From Takakia lepidozioides (lineage: Eukaryota; Plantae; Bryophyta), in contig CM060733.1 of the NCBI GenBank assembly GCA_030704615.1, positions 18,476,001-18,540,000 of the forward strand: a stretch of 64,000 nucleotides of DNA, read 5' to 3'. This document shows positions 1 to 10,372 of the stretch, piece by piece; the stretch's first letter is position 1, and each line of letters opens with the position of its first letter. The notes below the pieces were generated by a model that made no database searches, was not told the origin of the DNA, and saw only the letters and a program-made list of their open reading frames with translations. The position numbers were made by a program, and so were the translations under genes.

Positions 1-295
1 TGATGATGAGGATGATGTACTCGCAGAGATGACAGATCTGATGTCACGAAATAGTATCAATGAAGTCAGACTTCCAAGGACACGCATACCTGTCCAGAGT
101 CCGATTGTTGAACCTACAGGGTCACCAGAAAGGAATAGTGAGAGCAGTGAACAGCCAAGCAAGACCAAGAGTGAAATCTACCCAAAGAACAATTTCAAGA
201 ATGCTATAGAAGGAGGTACGAAATCCAGAATCTTGAACCACTTCTACAAAGGGAGAATATCGTTGTCGCCCATGGACCTGATCATGACTGTGCCC
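1..295 (+). mobile_element. Truncated gag fragment of a third copy of Gypsy family A (continues upstream of the window)
   Basis: Matches 11254-11548 and breaks off at ...CTGTGCCC into CACTA-derived sequence. Confidence 0.93.
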
Positions 296-1257
296 AAATA
301 AGCGAAACCGCGAAAAAAAAAAAAAAAAAAAACTACTCTGCATTGTAGAATTAGAACCGTCCGGGGGGCAAAGCGCGACGCCCGGACGATGCGATTTAAG
401 GGGGTACATTTGAATTTAGGCGGGAAAATTTGAATTTCAAAAACTTGTTGACCATTGATGACCATTGACTCCGATTCTGTCTAATGGCGATATGTTCATT
501 ATTCTACATATATCATGCAATGCATACTTGAACCTAAGACCTCCACGTTATAACATTTCTAAGACACTACAAACTAACCAACACACCTATGCTACATCTA
601 TATATCACATAGACAATCTATATTTATTTATTTATTTATTTATATTTATATATTTATATATATTTATATTTCCTTCAAGTTCTTTATAAGGGGGTCTCTC
701 TTGTGATGTCTGGGAGTTGCAACCTTCACAACCTTAAGCCCCAGCCCCAACATCGTCGCCGTTGTTGCACCCCCCCACCGCCAGGAGCCCCAAGCAACGT
801 CCTTGTGATGACCTAAGCTGACTACAACACCATTGCGACCCCCTGGCTTCGCAGCGTTGGCCGTCCTAGCGCGGGGTGCCCCCAGCGACGCTTTTGTGAA
901 GTTGAGGGCCGCAAAGCCAAAAAAAAAAAAAAAAAAAAAAAAAAACAATCAAACTCTCATTGCGGTGATGCTGTTCCAACGTCCTGGCGTCGCAGAGGCG
1001 CTAGGGCGCCCTCAGTGACGCTTGGGCGCCCTCAGTGACGCTTTTGCGACGCCGAGGTATTGCAACGTCCAATATATATATATTTGGATTTGCAACGCTG
1101 GGGCGTCGCAAGAAAAAAAAATCCGTCGCAGCGAGGGTCATCTTTCCCCCTTCGTGTCACCTTGCGATGGCTGGGCGTCGCAATGGTGTCGCAGCGGGGG
1201 GCATCGCAAAAAAGTGTCGCACGGCTGACGTCGCAAACCCCCCCATTTGTTGTAATA
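296..1257. mobile_element. Degenerate, left-truncated non-autonomous CACTA element
   Basis: Colinear with 33160-34202. The right TIR has decayed (TGTAATA vs TGTAGTG), and GTCGCAA/TTGCGAC subterminal repeats are present. Confidence 0.82.
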
Positions 1258-1770
1258 CTGGGTGGCCCCGCTGCGACCCATGATCCGGCCCGGGTGGGTC
1301 TGCCGCGAGCATGGGTCTGCCGCCATGTATGGTCTGCCGCGAGGTAGGATGGCCCTAGGTGGCATTGGGGCTGACTGCGGCTGTTTTCTAGGTTAAGAGA
1401 TTAAAAAAAAATTGGGGTAACAGCAAGCAGCAGGTAATGTGGTGCAAAAAATGAGGCGCCACCGCACTCAATTCCGGTTGACAGGAAATGAGGGTTATGT
1501 ATGTTGTTTGGAGAACTGATGTTTGTTTGTTCCGATCCTTTGTCAGTCTCAAAAGTGAGTGCGCCACCGCACTCAATTCTTGCAGGTGCCAGATCAGAAA
1601 AATGTAGCTGTGGAATGATGGAAAGGCTGTAATTGTGGGAGGTGCAGGGGAGGAAAAGAAAAGGATTGCAGCCTGAGAAGCAGCATGCGCAGCAGCAGCA
1701 GGAGGCAGTGACTGAGAAGCCTGTTGAAGAAGACGATCCTTTCTACGAAGAGTGAGCGGCAAAGGTCCTC

Positions 1771-2160
1771 GTGTACCAAAAGGTCAATTCCGCGCAGGTG
1801 ATCAAGTATATGCAGGGTACCTGGAGGCAAGATTATGATCCCTCTCTGCCGCCTAATATCAATGCAATCGTTCGACCTGCCCTGACCAGGGATGTGTCCA
1901 AGTTGGAGCAAGATTTTAGTCACGGATACATAGAGGGGTCTCCCGTGTTTTACGTGTCATTGTGCGATGCCAGTGGGAAGGAGGTCTTGGTGGACGAGTC
2001 AATTGTGAAAAGCTCGGATCCAATATGGCGAGAAGTAAACGAGGAGTTCGAAGCCCAGATTTCGAGGTGATTGTCTACACAGGTGTTCTCCGGGAAGATG
2101 TTTCATATCTGGGATGGCAATCACCACTTCATGGCCTGAATGAACGTCATAAACAAATCT
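1771..2160 (+). pseudogene. ParB/Sulfiredoxin-like domain pseudogene
   Basis: One frame read through two TGA codons gives VRPALTRDVSKLEQDFSHGY...VFYV...KMFHIWDGNHHFMA*, resembling the DGNHR..A motif. Confidence 0.55.
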
Positions 2161-3060
2161 TCAGTTGGGATCCCACACCACAGGACTTTGAAGACATTGG
2201 GATTCTGCAAAACAATGTCAAATACTGCTCACTCCATCACCAATGCAAACCAGTGCAATGCGTCATCCACCACAAACTTCTGTGAATGGTCTGTTCCATG
2301 GAGTAAGTCCATCCTCAAACTATGCAGATCCTTCATCAACTTGTTGTATGAGCGGAAATTGCCAAATTGCATCCATCTGTGTTGTAGGAAGAAAGCTGTC
2401 ATGCGCTCAAAGTCCTCCTCAGTCAATCGAACAAGTGCTTTCTTCGCACCCCAAAGGTTGGATGTGCCATAGGCATATGTCTGAGGTCTTTAGGCCGTGG
2501 GTCATCCATGAGAATCAGCTGCACAAGTAGAGGCGGCGCATTTGGTCGCTTGTGGCTTCAATGGTAACAGCAGAGGCGGCTTCCAGAACATGGTTGGCTT
2601 CCTCAATAGAAAACTCCATGGAATAATGAAAGGATACAAATGACCACCGGCGGTCCGCAACAATCCGGTGGAGCTCATTATGCCAATCCAAATGGGGATT
2701 AATTTCTCCCACCCTAAGCCGGGGAAGTGTGAGGTCTTCAGCTCCGGGTCGAATTACCGGTGATGACGATCGCCAAACTGCAAAAACCGCCGTGCTATGT
2801 GAGAGAAAGCAGTCTACTGGTCAGTCTGGTCCGCAGTCTGTTAGATGACAGGACTTCCCATTGGCATGGGCTGCATGATGGGCTCCTGGAGAGGAGTCTG
2901 CAGGATGATAGGCTGCTCGTTGGGAGTCTGCTCCGTTGGAGTCTGCTGGATGACAGGCTGCTGAACGGGAGTCTACTGGATGACGGCCTACTGAATGGGA
3001 GTCTGCTGGATGGCAGACTCGGCTGTCCCAGACGCATTCCCCCCCGACGCATCTTGAATA
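2160..3060 (-). pseudogene. Decayed ORF of unknown function with N-terminal QTPxQQPVI-type repeats
   Basis: Protein-like ORF pieces at 2515-2712 and 2229-2426; the 30-bp repeat preserves frame. Confidence 0.3.
2880..3020. repeat. About 30-bp tandem repeat (GGGAGTCTGCTGGATGACAGGCTGCTGAAC-like), 4-5 copies
   Basis: Direct inspection. Confidence 0.8.
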
Positions 3061-3503
3061 TGTAATGCCGCTATAGCAGCAGATGACCCAGGATACTTCA
3101 ATAATATGTACTCTCGCACGCGGTCCACTTCCGCACGCACTGCAGTCGCTTGTAAATGAGCATCATTGCTAGGTATCCGCCAAGCCGAATGGCCCTACGA
3201 ATAGAAAACATTCATCCTGGTACACGGCAGAGAACTTGGACGTCAGGAACATGGACGTGGACTCTATATTCACCTCATGCAGCGGACCTGACTCACAGAC
3301 CAGCAGACTGTAACGTGCGTATGTAGGGTGGAGGCAACTAGTAGACTGTACCAGTGGACTAGACCAGCGGACTGACAAATGGACTCAGTAAGTAATGCAA
3401 CGATATAAACAGACTAACTGACGAGCGGAGTGAGCCAGCGGACTGAGGAGAGAACGCAGCGGACTGACCAGACTGAATAGGCAACGTGATCCCGATGATG
3501 GAC

Positions 3504-4520
3504 TCAAACAGCACAGATAATAGACTGGGCGGTCAGACTGACCATTACCTCCTCAAAGTTGTTCAACCAGTTCTGTTCCGCCTGTCGGATGAATGTGCGT
3601 AGCAGACCTAACTGGGCAACTCTGTAGAAATAACGGAAGAAGTCTGGATCCCCAATTGGTGGGCACTCTGGTGGGAAAAGCCCAAAGTCAACGAGGCGCA
3701 ATGTGCCAGGGCAGACTGACCCTTCAGTGCTCTGTTGAGTTTTTGATTTTGACCCTAAACCGATGGCATGGGTCGCGATATTTGTGTGAGTCTGCTGCCG
3801 AGTCTGGTCAGGCAAGTCAATGTCCACTGGACTTGTCACCCCTTCCAGGCCCTGAGTAGATTCACTTTCAGTATCAGTACTGATGGTGTGGGTCTGCCGC
3901 CCAGGACGGGGTTCAATCTGTTGCGTGGATTTTGCCCTTGCCTCGCGAGCAGACCTTGCAGCCTTCTCCTTTTTTTCCTCTCCTTTTTTTGGGCCCCATC
4001 ACTCAGTTTACGTTTTCTGGCAGCGTCCGGCGTCCCTGCACTTGCAAATCCTCCTTGATGGGCCACCAGAATGGAGGCCATACCGTGCGCGCACTTCATC
4101 TAATTCCCAAGTGCGGGGGTCAAGCATTGATCCGCGCAAGCGCATTGTGGCCTCTTGACAATCGGACATTCTTTCAGTTGGCCAAGGCTTGAAATCCCGT
4201 GGAATCATTGCAATAGTCTCCTTACAACCCGTGTCAACACAATGCCGTTTTAGTTGGATTTTGTCCTTGATAACCTCTTCACAGAAGGGACAGAAGAGCT
4301 TGTCCTTCTGCCATTCGAGTTTTTGGGCTTCCGGGCGCGGAGGTCTACAAATGCTTCCATATTTTATGATCAACTCGTCTGGTGAATACCAGTACCTTCG
4401 CTCCTTCTTCAGTCTGGTTTGGTGTACAAAATCCACCCAGTCCGCTCCACCCTTTCACAAGCATCCTCCATCGCTGCAGAATGAAACGAAGGTGCAAGGA
4501 CAATGAGTGACAGATAGAAA
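3504..4520 (-). pseudogene. Frameshifted gene with a C2HC/C2H2-like zinc finger and a basic NLS-like tract
   Basis: CPFCEEVIKDKIQLKRHCVDTGC in 4008-4436; RKRKLS..KKERKKRRR in the overlapping frame 3836-4099. Confidence 0.35.
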
Positions 4521-6213
4521 GTCCTATGAAAAGACGCACCCTAAGCAAGAGAGGACACAGAATGGAATGGAAACACCGCAACAAGTGAGAACCTCACCGA
4601 AGCCGATGAACTTCGAGTTGTTACGAAGGCGAGCGTGTTTGCGACGCTTCGCGGCTCACCGCGACTCTCCACACTGGGGAAGAACGGCCGTCTTTCGTTA
4701 CAGTGATGGAAACGCAAAGAGGAAACAAAACAGTACAAAACAATGCGAACCAAAGAAAGAAACAGGCGTGAAGAGAATGGAGTCGATCGCACAGGGAACA
4801 TGAGAAGAAAGTAGAAGTAGAAGGGGGAAAGCGGGCATGGCATTTGCCAACGTGGCGCGATTTCACAGGCGCCCAACTATCGCCGTCATCGCATTGAATA
4901 CGTCCACCGAACGAACGCATCGTACTAAATTCATCCACGGTCCTCGCAAGTGCAGCAGACTCATTTCCCATCGGGCCGAGAGTCCACCGGACCGCTAGTC
5001 CAGCGGACTATTCGCTTTACTGAGGCGAAGCGGGCTTCATTGGAGGCACTTCCCTGCCAGCGGGAATGAAGACAAAAGAGAGTAAGGAGAGAACAGGAGA
5101 GTCGGAACACACCCATTGCGAACAGACTAATGCATGCACCGTCCACAGACTGATATCCATAGAGGAGAACTGTCCAGCAGACGGACGTTTCGCCAGACTG
5201 GCGGGAGAACAAGCCAAAAGACTAACCGGAGAGAAAATAAGAAGTCAAACAGACTTAGTGCAACAGACTTCCGACACAACATACTGATAAATTCACAAGT
5301 GCGACAGACTGATATCCCAACAGACGGACTTCCAGCAGACCGCCTCCAAACTGACTGTTATGCACGCGATAAGGGGAATATCCGGAGCACTGACGGGCCA
5401 GCGGACCCACTGTGAACAGACTCGCGACACAACGGACCTCAAACATCCGCGCATTTGCAGATGCAATTGTCTCAGCCTAGTCCGTCTCCTGGCAAATGCG
5501 ACAATGTACCGATTCTGCACCTACTCCCGTCGTGGCTTAGACATCTGCATTCAGCAGGTGCGTGTGGATGTTTGAGGACCTTACGACTGGATGGTGTTCC
5601 GTGACGACTCGAATTGCTTTTTTGTGCTGCCATCCCTTATATAATACCATGTGGATCCATCACAAAGCTGGGTTTCTTCAGATTCTCCACCCTTTTCCAC
5701 AACTTATGCACGACGGATGCAAGCGCTATACTTGGTCACATAAACAGTCTCATCGTCCAATACGAAATCTGCAATACACGCCCCCATGTGCATACGCTTC
5801 CGCCATTTTCGCGCCCATGTTACCCATGGGTTCCTTAACAAACTAAACTTGTGAAGGCTCTCATGAGGGATGCAGTATGAAGGGGCTAAACGTATCATGA
5901 AAGATCACAAGCAGAGGACGTTATCGACGACAGATGTCTGTATTTTCCATATTTATGACATAGAACCAAACCATAAAACGAAGGTTCCCGAAAACACAAC
6001 AAGAAGGCAAAAATAGTGGAAGCATATGCACGATGGTGGCTGTAGTGCCGAGACAGTCCTCTCATGTTCAAGCACACGCTTCATCATCATCATGAACATC
6101 GCGCGTAAAAGAGGAACAGTCGCGTGCATGGAAACGCCAACCACAACATCGGACAACAAATAGCCGTCAAAAGAGAGCGGCCGGGATTTGGTGGGAAAAT
6201 CATTGCTATTTTC

Positions 6214-6542
6214 GCAGCCCTAAAAATGGAGGGCTCGGATGGGTTATGGGAATGGACGGTGGCGAGCCTGCGCTGTCAGCGGACTGGATGGCAGGGGACT
6301 GGCCAGCGGACTGGCGGGCAGACTGGCGGACTGGCGACTACTGGGCAGCAGACTGGCCAGCAGCGGACTGGCAGACTGGAGGGCGGGGGACTCATGGGCG
6401 GGGGACTGGCCGCGCGGCGGACGGGGGGGCGGGCGGGGTGCTGGGGAGCCGGGCATCCGTGCGCGGGGCCCACCGGCCACATCGCACGTGCCCATTGAAG
6501 ACCCTATTATCTTAAAATGAGAGGCGGGCTACAAACCCCCCC
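6214..6542 (-). mobile_element. Terminal/subterminal segment of a Mutator-like DNA element that extends leftwards
   Basis: Its reverse complement aligns with 50576-50880, which precedes a MULE-type transposase; rich in GACTGG repeats. Confidence 0.7.
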
Positions 6543-6907
6543 TTCTGTTTTTTTTACTTTTATAAAGGATCTGTAAGAACTTTTTTTTTTGGTAAGAACT
6601 TACAATGGCATTTGATCAAAAAGTCAATGAAAAATTAATATACGTATTTTATTAGGAAACCGCCAATTCAGGCCCTTGAGGAAGGGGAAAATTAACCCCC
6701 TTTCATATAAGCCATTGGGCACATATGAGGGATCGTCATCCCACACATCAACCGGTAAACTAACCATACCCGCAGGACAGAGTAGCATGATCTCAAACCC
6801 GAACCACCAGGGTGACATATATCCAACTGAACTATGAGCTGCAGATAATTATTTCTTCGTCTTTGCACAAAGAAAAGAGAATAACAGTTTCTAAAAATAA
6901 GATATTC

Positions 6908-7018
6908 TCCACCCAGAGAGTGCACTATGTGCCACTAGGCGATTCGTGGTTCAAATCCAGCTATGTCCTGTATCTTTGCTTGATCCCAGGCTTTGTTTAT
7001 ATATATATATATATATAT
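6908..7018 (+). mobile_element. Possible tRNA-derived SINE relic
   Basis: B-box-like GGTTCAAATCC near 6948 and a (TA)n tail; no clear A box. Confidence 0.3.
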
Positions 7019-7183
7019 TGAACAAATGAACATTGTCATGTTGCCCATAGAAAGAATGTGACATTTTCATCCAACATGTCTCAGTTTTATATGGCGGGTG
7101 TGAGTGAGCAAGAGGAAACCGAACATGTACCCTGCCTCAAATTCAATGTTCAACAACGAGGACAAGTTTATCACCAAAAATTG

Positions 7184-7349
7184 GTGTACAAAAAGGTGCT
7201 ACAATACCTTTAGAATTTTTTTTCTCCATTCCGGTTCAAGAGACGGGCACCACATAACCAAAACTAGTGTACAAAGAGGTGCTACAATACCTTTAGAACT
7301 TTTTGTTCTCCATTCCAGTTCAAGAGACAGGCACCACATAACCAAAACA
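7184..7349. repeat. Two-copy tandem duplication of about 82 bp
   Basis: GTGTACAAA.AGGTGCTACAATACC...CACATAACCAAAAC occurs twice. Confidence 0.85.
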
Positions 7350-7533
7350 AGGCATTCTCATCACTTTATATGATCTGATTGTACAGTTTTCTGCCGACAC
7401 CAATGACAAGCCTGCCCCTGCAACAAGAAATCACACATATACCCTCCCACCACTCACTTACCTAGATTGTTATTCATTGTAGTATTCTCTCTCTTTGCCA
7501 TCCTTGTAAATGTTTTGCTGTTTATTGAGCAGG

Positions 7534-9920
7534 TGTAGTGTGAATGCAGGGGGTAAAAATTCAAGTTTTTGTTTGGCATCAGGTTTCGGCACTACTACAA
7601 AGGGAGTGCCCTTCGTGCTAATGAAGGGGAGGAATTGTCCATAACTTGAGGTAATTCCATGGAAAGACTATGCTATTGATCTGCCAAGAACAAAATATGG
7701 CTAAGTTATGACATGCACCTTTTCATCCCTAGGATGAATGATTTTCATCCATGATGTTGAACCCTAGAAGCAGGATGTGAAATTCGAAGGGGAAGAGTGC
7801 GTGTATCTTTTCGCAGCTGCTGCAGTGGTGTTGGCAGCACAAGATATCTGAGAAAGTTCCACCTACGCAAAGGGTATCAGCTTGCTTTTAAGAGAAACGT
7901 TAAGAGCTCCTGCTTGGCTTTCTGTGCAAGAAGAAGCGGTGCCGCCTTCTTCGTAAGCAATGATCAAACCTGAGGGATCAGGTTTGTGATAAGGGCGGTG
8001 CACCACTGCTGTCGCCATTGTCTTGATGAGCACATTAATGAGGAGATGGAGCGGCTCAGCAGGTGTTGGGGGATGAGAAATGCAGGCTGGTGTGTATAGC
8101 GCCTCAGGTTGTCTGTGATCAAATCTTTGTAGCTGCTGTCTGTTTTTGAGCTTTAGGACCAGATCACTTTGTAAGGGAAGAGTGTAAGCATCTTTTCGCA
8201 GCTGCTGCAGTGGTGTTGGCAGTACAGCATATCTTAGGAAGTTCCACCTGCGCAAAGGGAATCAGCTTGCCTTAAAGAGCGACGTTAAGGGATCTGGCTT
8301 GGCATTCTGTGCAAGAGGAAGCGGTGCCGCCTTCTGGTGTGTATGGCGCTTAAGCTATCTATAATTAAGTTTTGTATCTGCTCTCTGTCTTAAGGGCTGT
8401 AGGACCAGATCACTTCATAGGGAAGAAATGCACATGTAGAAGGATAGGGTAGAGGTTGGCAGGCACAAGGATGTGCCAGCAGCTGAAGCAGAGCCGTCAT
8501 GCCTTAATGAGGACTGGAATCACGATAAGAAGAAACGTCGGAAATGGCTGACGAGGGAGAGGACAAGGTGCCTTCTTGACAGGCAGACCCACCGCTTCAA
8601 TGAGTATAAGACAGATAAGTTTGAAGAGTGGTCCCCCTTTTTTTGGTGACTTAGAAATCGCTTTGTGAAGTTTGGACTGTCTCTTGTATGTAGTAAGAGA
8701 CACTGACATGTGAGGAAGAAAAAGAGCTTTGGAAATGGAATGAAGACACTGGACTTCAAATCAGGATGGACTGGAGATGGATGCACCTGCTGTTACATTG
8801 TACAGTAGGAAAATGAATGGAAACAGGGTTGATTCGTTGCTGGGACAGAATGGTTGCTGCTGTTGTATTCTTGTTCTTTGTTTCAGCGTCATGAGCTTGT
8901 ACAAACAATCTAGCCTGGGATGTTGACACATTGCAGTCAATGTGGAACTAGCTTAGTAGGTAGAGGAAACCAGTGAGAGTTAGATAGAACTGTTTGGAAA
9001 CAACAAGAAGGGATGATGTGGATGGGGCAGAAAAACCAACATCTGTTTGGGTTTGGATCTGATTCTCAGGGTGCTCTCAGCATGTGAACCACTGAGGTTC
9101 ACAGTTGATGGGAAAAAGAGAGCTGTCAGGGTGTGTAAATTGAGACCTGTAGAAGGGTTGAGAGCTGTCTTGGGCAAATGGCTACACCTGGGAAAAGTGG
9201 AGTGTGAAGCATCTGTCATTGGCAAGAGAGGGACTGATAAAAGGGCTGATTATATCTTGTGTGACCAAGGTTGATTTCAATGCTGGGTGCACTGGATGCT
9301 TGGCTGAATGCGCATTGCATTGCATCATAGACATGCTACAGTGGAAAGAGTGAGGAACCTACTCACCCTGAAAGAAAGAGAGAGGGAGAGAGAAAAGGAC
9401 ATAAGGGAGAGAGCTGACCAGCAAGAGGGGATGGAGAGGAATGGATGATTGGGGCGGTAAGATAAAGAAAGCATGAACCCATGAAGGGCCAAACTGGTGG
9501 GCCTGCAACTCATGGCAGATCTGAGTTGCCTCCTTCTAAATCGTGATCTTATTACAAAGGGGATTCCACGTGTTGCTGACCAAGGGAGCTGCCCACAAGG
9601 GCAGTGGTCATCACTGACGTAGGGCTGGTTGCATCACTGAAGACAGCATGGTAACATGGCTGGTGCAGTGTACCAGGGAGAGGATGTCGTGTAGAAGTAG
9701 AACCACGGGTGAAAACAATACAGACTCCCCATCCATGTCTTCTCTTCCGCTGCGGCGTGGATGAGGATTGTGTGAACTCTGATCATGAAGGACCTGAGGG
9801 AAACCCACACCGAGTGACGATGGTTGGATCACTGAGAGGAGAGCTCCTTTCCTTCCCTCCAATTGACCTAGGGAGGAGCACAACTAGACTTGCACAGAAG
9901 GGGATTCACGCCCCTTCTTT
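7534..9920 (+). repeat. Family A LTR 1 (about 2.39 kb; ends CCCCTTCTTT with no terminal CA)
   Basis: Near-identical to 16513-18895 and 25487-27875; abuts the PBS directly. Confidence 0.95.
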
Positions 9921-9932
9921 TGGTATCAGAGC
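9921..9932 (+). promoter_or_regulatory. Primer binding site, tRNA-Met(i)
   Basis: TGGTATCAGAGC. Confidence 0.95.
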
Positions 9933-9989
9933 TGATGTTAAATCTTGATTTCTACTAGCTAGGGATCTTGACTGGTATTGGATGGTTTG

Positions 9990-10301
9990 ATGGCAGGAAG
10001 AGACCACACACTGATTCCTGATGAACCAAGCATTGGAGATGTGCTGATTTGCTTCAGCAGACGCACACCAAATGCACACGCAGACCCTTGTTTGTACTTC
10101 TTCAACCCTGCTTGGAGAATAGCGAATGGTGATTTATGTCTTAGAGTGATACATACTGGTGGAAGAACAACCATAGCACTTTGGATAAGAGAGTTAGGAA
10201 GGTGGGTGAAGATAAATACCATGGCACGAGAGGTGACATGGGGAGGTAGAGTAGAGATGTTGCGAAATGGACAGTGGGAGTGGTATAGAGGTCAACATTA
10301 A
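9990..10301 (+). CDS. Extra ORF upstream of gag (103 aa, Trp-rich, unknown function)
   Basis: ATG-initiated ORF filling most of the PBS-gag leader; intact in both copies. Confidence 0.45.
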   Translation: MAGRDHTLIPDEPSIGDVLICFSRRTPNAHADPCLYFFNPAWRIANGDLCLRVIHTGGRTTIALWIRELGRWVKINTMAREVTWGGRVEMLRNGQWEWYRGQH

Positions 10302-10372
10302 GGGAGTTGCGGGAAAATTAGAGTCAGAATTAGGTGTTGAAACAGTTTGAACTTTGACTAGAGAATAGAAGG

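Noticed and set aside
6624-6925. Short minus-strand ORFs as an exon
   Set aside because: No family recognised and the frame is ambiguous.
7788-8430. Antisense 130-aa ORF and X-Y-X-Y internal repeats in the family A LTR as a coding gene
   Set aside because: The repeats are real, but stops interrupt the frames I translated and the substitutions do not favour one frame consistently.
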